Shown here: one piece after another, positions 1-11,100 of the stretch | Layout: every line of letters begins with the position of its first letter | How positions within the stretch are numbered: position 1 is the first letter of the stretch | NCBI GenBank assembly: GCA_036785375.1 | Contig: JAWMAR010000201.1 | Span: forward strand, 186,001-250,000 | DNA length: 64,000 bases | Direction: 5' to 3' | Origin: Leucoraja ocellata | Taxonomy: Eukaryota | Notes under the pieces: generated by a model | The model's input: the letters and a program-made list of their open reading frames with translations, nothing else | Databases searched by the model: none | Told to the model about the DNA's origin: nothing | Made by a program: the position numbers and the translations under genes

Positions 1-86
1 AAGTTATTGGTCCTCAAATTTATTGTAGATAAGTTCATTTCCAATGTGATTATTATACTTCAGTGTAACCTTCTTGTGTTGTGAAG

Positions 87-1040
87 GTGGGTGACGCAGA
101 ATTGAATGCAACATCTCCAAGTTTGCGGATGACACGAAGCTGTGGGGCAGTGTTAGCTGTGAGGAGGATGCTAGGAGGCTGCAAGGTGACTTGGACAGGC
201 TGGGTGAGTGGGCAAATGCATGGCAGATGCATTATAATGTGGATAATTGTGAGGTTATCCACTTTGGTGGCAAAAACAGGAAAGTAGACTATATCTAAAT
301 GGTGGCCGATTAGGAAAAGGGGAGATGTAACGAGTCCTGGGTGTCATGGTACACCAGTCATTGAAAGTAGGCATGCTGGTGCAGCAGGCAGTGAAGAAAG
401 CGAATGGTATGTTAGCATTCATAGCAAAAGGATTTGAGTATAGGAGCAAGGAGGTTCTACTCTAGTTGTTCAGGGTCTTGGTGAGGCCACACCTGGAGTA
501 TTGAGTACAATTTTGGTCTCCTAATCTGAGGAAAGACATTCTTGCCATAGAGAAGGTTCACCAGACTGATTCCTGGGATGTCAGGACTTTCATATGAAGA
601 AAGATTAGATAGACTTGGCTTGTACTCGCTAGAATTTAGAAGATTGAGGGGGGATCTTATAGAAACTCACAAAATTATTAAGGGGTTGGACAGGCTAGAT
701 GCAGCAAGATTGTTCCCGATGTTGGGGAAGTCCAGGACAAGGGGTCGCAGTTTAAGGATAAAGGGGAAATCCTTTAGGACCGAGATGAGAAAAACATTTT
801 TCACACAGAGAGTGGTGAATCTCTGGAACTCTCTGCCACAGAAGGTAGTTGAGGCCAGTTCATTGGCTATATTTAAGAGGGAGTTAGATGTGGCCCTTGT
901 GGTTAAAGGGATTAGGGGGTATGGAGAGAGGCAGGTACAGGAAACTGAGTTGGATGATCAGCCATGATCATATTGAATGGCGGTGCAGGCTCGAAGGGCT
1001 GAATAGCCTACTCCTGCACCTAATTTCAATGTTTCTATGT
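87..1040 (+). mobile_element. HER1/CR1 LINE, 5'-truncated
   Basis: [39 protein letters not shown]; 3' tail gcctactcctgcacc...tttctatg. Confidence 0.92.
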
Positions 1041-2081
1041 CGTAGCCTGTCATAGATTGACGTACAACTTGACGTTTTGTTAGGGCGACTACGGGTGTCA
1101 GTAACTGACGCTCGCAGTCGCTGAACAAATCGCAAAGTTGGACAGGCCCTTTACAGGTGGGAAGGGGGAGGGGGGGAGGGGGAGAGTGAAGGAAATGGGA
1201 AGGAAGGAGGGGAGGAGGGGATGTCCGGTCATTACAGACAAACTGGCAATTTCATCACAGAACAAACACAAGTGGAAACCTTTGCAGCCGCCTTTGGTTC
1301 CAGGAACTGTCCGCTGTTTCTTGGGATCATTGGTTGGGCACAGGCTCTCTTCTGATTCTGTGTCCACGGCGCTCTCCCTTCCCGGTCTCACCTGCTCGAC
1401 TCGCAGTTACAACACCTCACCTCCTCAAACCCTCTTCTCCTTCCCAGACTCTCTCTCACTCCAACCTCAGTCCTTCGACCTCCTCCCGGCTTCCCGACCC
1501 CTGATCACTCTGTCACCTGCCATTCCCAATCAACATTCTCTTCCTCTCTCCCCATCAGGCAGCCTCCATTCCCATGCTCACCCAATCTACAGCCCCACCC
1601 AGCCATCCTCACTCTACTCTTTACACCTCCAGACCTCCTTCTGCTCTGCCCTTCCCCCACTCTCTGTCCCTATGATCCTCCCTCATTCATCTGTCCTTCC
1701 CCCATGCCAACCATCTTCCTTCTAACCCCTCCATCTCCCTTCTTATTCCTGAGACCTCTGCCCACCCACCCCCTACCCCCCACCCGAACCCTCTACATCC
1801 ATTTCCTCTTATCCTTTGTCACTTCTCTCTATCTCTCCTCCCTATCCGTCCCTCACCCTCCCCACCTCTGGCTGCCATAACTCTTCTCACCCTCCCGACC
1901 TTCCTGCTGACTTCCCTTTGTAGAGTAGGGAGTGCGAGAGGGGAAGTACGGAGAGATGTGCTGGGATGGAGAGGGACCGGAAAGAGAAAATGGGGAAGAG
2001 GAGAGGAAGGGAAGTGAGTGAGGAGCAGTGGGAGAGGGAGGTGGAAAAGCAGATGTGGAGAAGGAAAGAGGTGAGGGGAAG

Positions 2082-2131
2082 TCATTCAGTCTTGTGAGGC
2101 CTGTCTGCAGTTCCACTGACAGGGTGGGCGC
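2082..2131 (-). CDS. Gene A exon 5, cytoplasmic tail [16 protein letters not shown]
   Basis: Branch-point-like cactgac, long pyrimidine tract and cacag acceptor. In-frame TGA at 2084-2082. Conserved in gene B. Confidence 0.75.
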
Positions 2132-5100
2132 CTGTGGGGAGAGAGATAGGAGAGAAGTCAGTGCACCCTACGAGAGTCCACATGAGATGAAGCACCTGTC
2201 CGTTTACCTTCACCCTCGCCTCTATCCAGTGACCTTAGCGTTCCTTCCAGCTGAGAAAGACGTTCACATGCACCTCCTCTAACCTCAATTACTACATCCA
2301 GTTTTCCCAACATGGCCTCCTGTACACTGGGCAGGCCAAGCACGGACTCATTGTCTGTTTCAACGAACAGTTACGGTTGGTCCGCCAATGCCAACTGTAT
2401 TTCCCATTTGCTATCATTTTAACTCCCCTCCCCATTCCCACACTTACTTTTCTGTCCTAGGCCTCATCCATTGTCAGAGTGAGGCCATACACTAAATGGA
2501 GGACCACCTCGTATTCCATGTGGATAGCTCAAAAAACCCAGCAAAATAAATATTAAATTCTCCAATTTTAGGTCACCACTTACTAATTATCCCCATCTGG
2601 CTTCACAATCTGGAGCTCTTAAACCTGTCTCTCACCTTCCTTTCTTATCTCTGGCCTCTGTTTTAACCATCTGCCTATCAACAACCACCCTCTCGAGAGA
2701 GAGATGTGTGCTGCTGTAAAACTGGATGCCGGGCATACCGAGACAAGTATTCTTTTTGTCCTCTCTTGCCAAAAAAACAAATTTGTAACTAAACAGATGT
2801 AACTAAAGCCTTTTTCTGTTCTACTAGTCGGATCCTTGAGCCTAAGGTGGACACAAAATGCTGGAGTAACTCAGCGGGACAGGCAGTATCTCTGGAGAGA
2901 AGGAATGGGTGATGTTTCCGGTCGAGACTCTTCTTCAGATTGCTGGCAGGGCAGTGGGCGGGACAGGGATAGAATGTAGTCGGAGACAGTAAGAGATGGG
3001 AGAACTGGGAAGGGAGCGGGGATAGAAAGATCGGGAAAGCAAGGGCTATTTGATGTCAATATTCATACCGCTGGGGTGTAAGCTACGCAAGCAAAATATG
3101 AGGTGCTGTTCCTCCAATTTGCGCTAATCACTCTAAGAATGTAGAAGGCACAGGACCGAAAAGTCAGATTGGGAATGGGAGGGTGAGTTAAACTGCTGAG
3201 GAACCGGGAGATCAGGTAGGTTAAGGCAACTGAACGGAGGTGTTCAGCGAAACGATCGCTGAGCCTGCGCTTGGTCTCACCAATGTACAGAAGTTGATAC
3301 CTGGAACAGCGGATACCATAGATGAGGTTGGAGGAGGTGCAAGTGAACCCCTGCCTCACCTGAAATGACTGTTGGGGTCCTTGGATGGAGTTGAAGGGGG
3401 AGGTATAGGGACAGGTGTTGCATCTCCTGCAGTTACAGGGGAAAGTACCTGGGGAGAAGGTGGTTTGAGTGGGAAGGGCTGAGTTGACTAGGGAGTTACG
3501 GAGGAAAGGGTGTCTGCAGAAAGCAGAAAGGGGTGGAGATGGGAAGATGTTGCCAGTAGTGGGATCCCGTTGGAGGTGGTGAAAGTGTTGGAGGATTATA
3601 TGTTGTATGCAACGGCTGGTGGGGTGCAAGGTGAGGCCAAGTGGGACTCTTTCCTTGTTGCGAATGGGGAGCAAGAGCAGAGCTGCGGGATATCGAGGAG
3701 ACCCTAGTGGGAGCCTCATCTATAATGGAAGAGTCAAAATTCCGTTTCCTATAGAATGAGGACATCTCCGATGATCATGGAAAGCCTAGTCCTGGGTGCA
3801 GATGCAGCATAGATGAAGGAATTGGGAGTAGATGACAGTCTTTTCAGGAAGCAGGGTGGGAAGAAGTGTAGTCTCGATATCTATGGGAGTCAGTAGGTTA
3901 GTAGTAGATGTCGGTCAATAGTCTGTCTCCTGTGATGGAGACGGTGATATTCAGAAACGGTAGGGAGAGTTCGGAGATGGTCCAAGCGAACCTGGTTCCT
4001 TGCTGCAGCTACTCCAGCACTTTGTGACCTTTTCTGAATTAAACAATGGCTGCAGTTCATTGTTTCTACATTTTAACTGCAAACACTTAAAAACAGCACT
4101 CACTGATGATGTGGGTGGCGACAGTGACTGAGATGAGAATCAGAAGCAGGACGGCTGTGACCGTGGCCCTCAACCAACATCCACGGAGACAGCTACTCAA
4201 CCCTGGTGAAAGAAGAGGGGATCACTCATCAGAGAGACTGCACTGGGCCTTGTTCACAAACTCAGCAAGAACTCTTGGCCCGCACTGTAGACTGACATCA
4301 AATAACTGTGACAGCGCTGTCCATTTACACACAGAGCATGGATAAAACACTGCTGCAGAGTGCCTTGTCAAGATCAATGGCTCTTTGTTGGCTCCCATTG
4401 TGTCCCTGGAGAGGGAACATGTGGTGTCCACGGGGACTCTGGTGGCCTTCCGTGAACAATGACCTTCCGCATCTTTACAATGAATGCATTGTAAAGATGC
4501 CATTAGTGTTTTATGATGATTGCCTGATGCAATGTGACTTGAACATTTTTGTACTTTCTGGTACACTGTAATATGCAATTACTGAATAAAGTCCTTGGAA
4601 GGGAAAACAAAACGTGAAGCTCCCTCTGCACTGTCTCAATGAACAATTAAACCACCACATTCTTCAAACATGATTCGCCCTCTGACACTCACCAGATGTG
4701 GTCTGTTTGCAGATGTCCTTCAACCGGATTTCTGCCGTGCCTTCACTGACCGGGTTCGTGGCCTCACACCTGTACACAACGTCCCCGACCTCTGCTGTGT
4801 GATGAACCTGTATTGTCTTTCCATGTCCCTCGACGTGATGGGTGCTGTCGTTTCCCACAGCTTCCCTCCACCACGTGAAGCTGGTGGAGTGGCCGGATGT
4901 CATGTAGCAGGTCAGGGTGAAGTCGCAGATCTCAGTGATGTTCTCGGCCTTGATCTGTGTTCCTGACACGGGCTCTGAGGTTGAGCAGAGGGAAGCAAGA
5001 CGAGTAAAGGAGATACTTGTAAACCCCTCGATACCCCATAACCCGTCTCCAAGAGCCACAAGCCATGAATGAGCCGATTCCAGCTCATTTCCACCCACCA

Positions 5101-8100
5101 GTTTAACTCTTCCCTCCCCATTCAGTTCAGCCAGTTGTTGCTGGAGGAAGTCCACACGTGTCATGTGCCCCCTTCCCGAACACTCCACGCACCCATCCAC
5201 AAACTCTCCACTGTGTCCTGTTTATGGCTCTGTTCCCTGGGAATCTCTCCAGTTCCATATCTTTTGTCACTTGTCAGTGGTCCCAGTGTTCCTTAAAAGC
5301 CTGAGTGTGACCCAACTCAGACCGGCCCAGAACCTGGCCAACAGTGGCAGCCCTGGGACTGTGATGGGCATAGACCCAGACTGGGTAGCGTGCTGTGTTC
5401 CAGAGTGAATCCAGCACGTGCAGATCCTGGGTCACCTATTGTAGTAGGATCTTGATTAGTTGGGCAGGTAAGCTGATAGAATAGAATAGAATACCTTTAT
5501 TGTCATTCAGACCTTACGGTCTGAACGAAATTTTGTGCCTGCAGTCATACATACAATCACACAATAAAAACAACAATAAACACCTAAATTAACATCCACC
5601 ACAGTGAAATATCCAAGCACCTCCTCACTGTGGTGGAGGCAAAAATCTTAGGGCTGCAGTCTCTTCCCTCCTCTTCTCCCTCTGCGCTGAGGCGATACCC
5701 CACCGGGCGATGGTACAACCAGTCCCGCGGCTCACCGAACCCCGCAAACGGGCCGGCTCAAACACCGCGGCCCGGGGTGGTCGAAGCTGCCGCCCTCCAG
5801 TCCAGCGGACGCAGCCGCTGGCCCACGGCTGAACCCAGGACTCAGGTCATTGCTGCCAGAACGCCGTCCCAGCCACCGGAGCACCGTTCAAGCCCCGAGC
5901 CGGATCGCCCTCACGTGAGTGCCGTTCCTCCCTCGAGCTGGGCCGCTCTGACGGGAGTGCCGTTCCACCCTCGGGCTAGGCCGCTCCCTCGGGCTAGGCA
6001 ATGGATGGTTAATGGAGTTCAGGTTTGGTCACCCTGCTACAGGAAGGATGCTGTTCGGCTGGAAAGAGTGCAGGGAAGATTTACAAGAATTTGGCTGGGA
6101 CGTGAGGGCCAAAGCTATAGGGAGAGTTTGGGCAGGCTAGGACTTTATTCTTTGGAGCACAAGGATGATCTGTATAATATACATCTTATAGAAGTTTAGT
6201 TTAGAGATACAGTGTAGAAACAGGCCCTTCAGCCCACCGAGTCCACACAGACCATCATGCACCTCCGATTTCTGGATTCTCTCCCTATTTAGAAAATAGT
6301 CTACGCCTTTATTCCTCCGAACAAAATGCATCATTCCACACTTTGCTACACTATATTCCATCTGCCACTTCTGCCCACAATCCCAAGTCCTTCTGCAGAC
6401 TCCTTGCTTTCTCTACACTACCTGCCCTTCCGCCTATTTTCGTATCATCTGCAAACTTTGCCACAAAGCCTTCAATCCCCTCATCCAAATCATTTATATA
6501 TATACAACTAGAAGAGTAGCAGCCCCAGCACCGACCCCTGTGGAACTCCACTAGTCACTGGCAGCCAACCAGAATAAGCCCCCTTTATTGCCGCTCTTTG
6601 TCTTCTGCCATCCAGCCAGCCTGCTATCCATGCTAGTATCTGCCCTTTGATACTGTGGGCTCTCATCTTCCTTATCAGCCTCACGTGTGGCACCTTATCA
6701 AAGGCTTTTTGAAAATCTAGGTAAACAACATCTACTGACTCTCCTTTGTCTGTCCTGCTATTTATTTCTTCAAAGAATTCCAACAAATGAGTCAAGCAAG
6801 ACTTCCCCTTCACAAAGCCATGCTGGCTTCGGCTTATTTTATCATGAACTAAGCACTCCTAACCTCATCATTTATAATGGACACTAAAATCTTACCAACC
6901 ACCGGTCAGACTAACCAGCCTAGAGATCCCACTATTCTGCTGGTTTTTACACACAAAAAGAAAACGCCTCTGAAGCAAAATTTACAGCCAGATTTATCAC
7001 TTCTGAGATTTTAGATACCAAAGGAATCAAGAAAAAACACAAATAATGCCTCACTGAAATGCAGCGAGCAAACGCGATAATTCCCAATATTTTCAATTTC
7101 AATATCTGCACGGCCAATATTTGCCAAGCACTTTAGCTGTTGTTGTCCCTTCAGCTCTCGCTTCTCTTCATTCCGCTTCACTTTTGGAATTCTGAAATTG
7201 GGTACATGTCTCTCACGCTTACCCCGATTTCCACAATTTTTTACAGCGCAAAAATTCAACATTTTGGCGGTTTTTAACAGGTAGGAAAGTACGCGTTTCG
7301 TGTATTAACAACATATACCGGAAGCTGCGATGTCCTCCAGATGGATTGAGAGACTCCGTGCGTCAAGCCCTATGACCCAGTGACCTTAAGTGCAACCTCC
7401 CTATCGGCAATTTTCTAATCATCTAGGACCTCTCCTGTCTCTAGTGATTCTTGAAATACCACTGTCAATGCCTCCAGAATTTCTAAAGCCAACTCTTTCA
7501 GAACCTTAGGCTGCAGTCCATCTGGTCCAGGTGATTTATCCACCTTCAGCCCTTTCAGCTTCCCAAGCACCTGCTCCTTAGTAATAACCACTCCACTAAC
7601 TTCCACCCTCTGAGTCTCTTGGTTTCAGGCACGTTGCTGGTGTCTTCCACTGTGAAGACTGATGCAAAAGGTTATTCAACTCCCCTGCCATTTCTTTATT
7701 CCCCATTATCACTTCTCCTGCATCATTCTCTCATGGCCCAACTTCCACTTTTGCTTCTTTCTTACTCTTTATATAACTGAAAAAACTTTTGCCCTCCTCT
7801 TTTATATTTTTGGCTGGCTTACGTTCGTATTTCATCTTTTCTCCCCATATTGCCTTTTTAGTTATCTTCTTTGAAAGCTTCCCAATCCCCCCACTAATCT
7901 TTGCTATGTTATATCCCTTCTCTCTTAGTTTTATACTATCCTTGATTTTCCTTGTCAGCAACGGTCACCTCTTTCTCCCCCAAGAATCATTCTTCCTCTT
8001 TGGAATGAAAAGATCCTGCATCTTCCAGATTATGCCCAGAAATTCCTGCCATTGCTGTTCCGCCATCACCCCTACTAGGGTTTCTTTTCCAGTGAAATTT

Positions 8101-11100
8101 GGCCAGCCCCTTCTTCATGCCTCTGTAGTCCCCTTTACTCAGCTGCAATACTGACACATCCGATTCTCCCAATTAAATTGTAGATTAAAATTTATCATGT
8201 TGTGGTTGTTACCTCCTAATGGTTCCTTTACCTTGAGTTCCCTTATCAAATCCCGTTCATTACATAACACTAAATCCAGAATTGCCTTTTCCCTATTAGG
8301 CTCCAGTACAAGCTGCTCCAAGAATCCATCTCGGAGGAACTACAAATTCCCTTTCTTGGGTCCAGTACCAACCTGATTTTCACAGTCACTCTGCATATTG
8401 AAATCTCCCATGACCACCGTTGCATTGCCTATTTTTAAATGCCAATTTTATCTCTTGATGTAACTTGTACCCTATATCCTGGCTAATGTTTGGGATCCTG
8501 AAAATAACTACCATTAGACTCTTTTTCCATTATAATTTTTCAGGTCTATTCACAATGACTACATCTTCTGATCCTATGACACCCTTCGCCAAGGACTGAA
8601 TTTCATTCCTAACCAACCCCACTCCCTCTGCCCACCTTTCTGTCTTTCCGATAGGACGTACACCCCTGAATACTTGAATGGCCAAATGGCCTACCTACTC
8701 CTAGAAGTTATAAACATGATCAGCTGATGCCAAGTCGTAAAGACATGACAAAGTGTTCTCCAAAAGACAGGGGGGGGGGGCTGATATCTGACCACACCTC
8801 CACTAGAGGGTGCATGTGGGGAGGAGGAGCTCATCAGGTATGAAGAGCAGGATGTTGTAAAATTATTAACCATCCTATATATAGGTTCCGAAGTTCATAA
8901 GCGATAGGAGCAGAATTAGGCCATTCGGCCCATCGTCTATTCCGCCATTCAAACATGGCTGATCTATATTTCCCTTTTAACCCCATTCTTCTGCCTTCTT
9001 CCCCTAAATCCCGTTGAAACATTGTATGCCCAGTGGCAGGAAAATCTCACCAATCGTGACTCCCTCACTCGGGGCCAGGCATGGTCTTCATAGGCTTTCC
9101 TGACATCTTGGAGGCTGCGACAATGGCTGAAGGGCCAACAACCCCAGTCCTTTAAGTTGAGACTTAAAACTCATCTCTATTCCCAAACCTTTCTTGACAT
9201 CATCTGAGCGAGGGCTATTTGTAGTGATGTTTGTATTTAATCTATGAACCACTGTTGTGTAGCGTTAGTACCTCCACCAATGTAAACCACTTTGGCCAAC
9301 GAGAGTTGTTTGTTAAGTGTGCTATAGAAATAAAAGTGACTTGACTCCCCTCCCCGGTGTCCCGTCCCAGAGGTGCCCGGGGCGGCCCGGGATTTCCAGC
9401 TCGGCTCCCTACGACACCGAAAACCTGCTGAAGATGGGCAGCTGACGGCCCTGCTCGATACGGGGCGACTCGGAGCCGCTGCTGCTGGAGTCGTCCTCGT
9501 CGGAGAGAGAGTCTGCAGAAGGACGCCTGCCGGCCATGGGCAGGCCGGGTGCTCGCTGGAGCTGCTGTTGGTGCTGCTGTTGGTGGTGCTGGCGGCAGCA
9601 GCAACCTCCTCCCCCTTCTTTGCCCAGCCCCAAGCCGAGTCATAGCAAAAGGATTTGAGTATAGGAGTAGGGAGGTTCTACTGCAGTTGTACAGGGTCTT
9701 GGTGAGACCACACCTGGAGTATTGCGTACAGTTTTGGTCTCCTAATCTGAGGAAGGACATTCTTGCCATAGAGGGAGTACAGAGAAGATTCGCCAGACTG
9801 ATTCCTGGAATGTCAGAACTTTCATATGAAGAAAGACTGGATAGACTCGGTTTGTACTCGCTAGAATTTAGAAGATTGAGGGGGATCTTATAGAAACTTA
9901 CAAAATTCTTAAGGGGTTGGACAGGCTAGATGCAGGAAGATTGTTCCCGATGTTGGGGAAGTCCAGAACAAGGGGTCACAGTTTAAGGATAAGGGGGAAA
10001 TCTTTTAGGATCGAGATGAGGAAAACATTTTTCACACAGAGAGTGGTAAATCTCTGGAATTCTCTGCCACAGAAGGTAGTTGAGGCCAGTTCATTGGCTA
10101 TATTTAAGAGGGAGTTCGATGTGGCCCTTGTGGCTAAAGGGATCAGGGGGTATGGAGAAAAGGCAGGTACAGGATACCGAGTTGGATGATCAGCCATGAT
10201 GATATTGAATGGCGGTGCAGGCTCGAAGGGCCGAATGGCCTACTCCGCACCTATTTTCTATGTTTCTATGAGTCCGGGCCAGCACCAACCACAGTCTTAC
10301 GCCGCCCCCTCCCCCTCTCTCCCCCTTTTCCCCTCCTCCCCCTCGGGGTTGTGGATGAAGTGGCAGTCGGTGTGGGTACCGTAGGGGCAGAAGCCGGTGC
10401 TTGTACTTTAGGTGGCGGCAAAGGGAGCGCGAGGGCGAACTGCCACTTGTCGCCTTAGCGGCCCATCGGGGAGCGGGTTCCTCTGGAGTTAGAGCGGGTT
10501 TGGGCTGGAGTTGGCGCTGGCTGTGGGTTCTCCGTGCTGGCGGTGAGCCTGGGGGCCGGCGTCCCGTCGTCAGGAAGTCTCCTGCTGCCCCTCATGCGGG
10601 GATGGGACACTAGAGTGGGGTTGGGGAGAGACGGTCCAGTGGCGGGTTGGCAGCACTTGCGGCGCCGGGGACACGGGTTCGATGCTGGCTGCGGATGAGA
10701 GCCGATCTTCCCCACCCTCCGGTCTTCTACCCCGGTCTCCACCCCCCCCCCCCCTCTCCTCCCCACCGACCTCCCCCCCCCCCCCCCCTTCGGTCTCTCT
10801 CCCCCCCCCCTTCGGTCTCTCCCCCCCCCCCTCCCGTCTCTTCCCCCTTGGTCTCTCCCCCCCCCCCTTCAGTCTCTTCGCCCCCCCCCCCTCGGTCTCT
10901 CCCCCCCTCCCGTCTCTTTCCGCCCCCCCCCTTAGACCTCCCCACCCCCCTCCGGTCTCTCCCCCCCCACCTCCAGTCGTCCCACCCCCCCCCCCCCGGT
11001 CTCTCACCCGCTCCCCCCCTCCCCCCGCCGGTCTCTTTCCCCCCCTCCGGTCTCTCTCTCCTCCCCCCTCCAGTCTCCTGGGACGTCCGCGGCAGTCTCA

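Noticed and set aside
1138-2116. Ser/Pro-rich ORFs
   Set aside because: Low-complexity 3' UTR of gene A; frames are not conserved in the duplicate.
4975-5200. N-terminal extension of the IgC2 ORF (MDGCVEC...)
   Set aside because: Intronic. The frame is not conserved in gene B, and a proper acceptor lies at 4975-4976.
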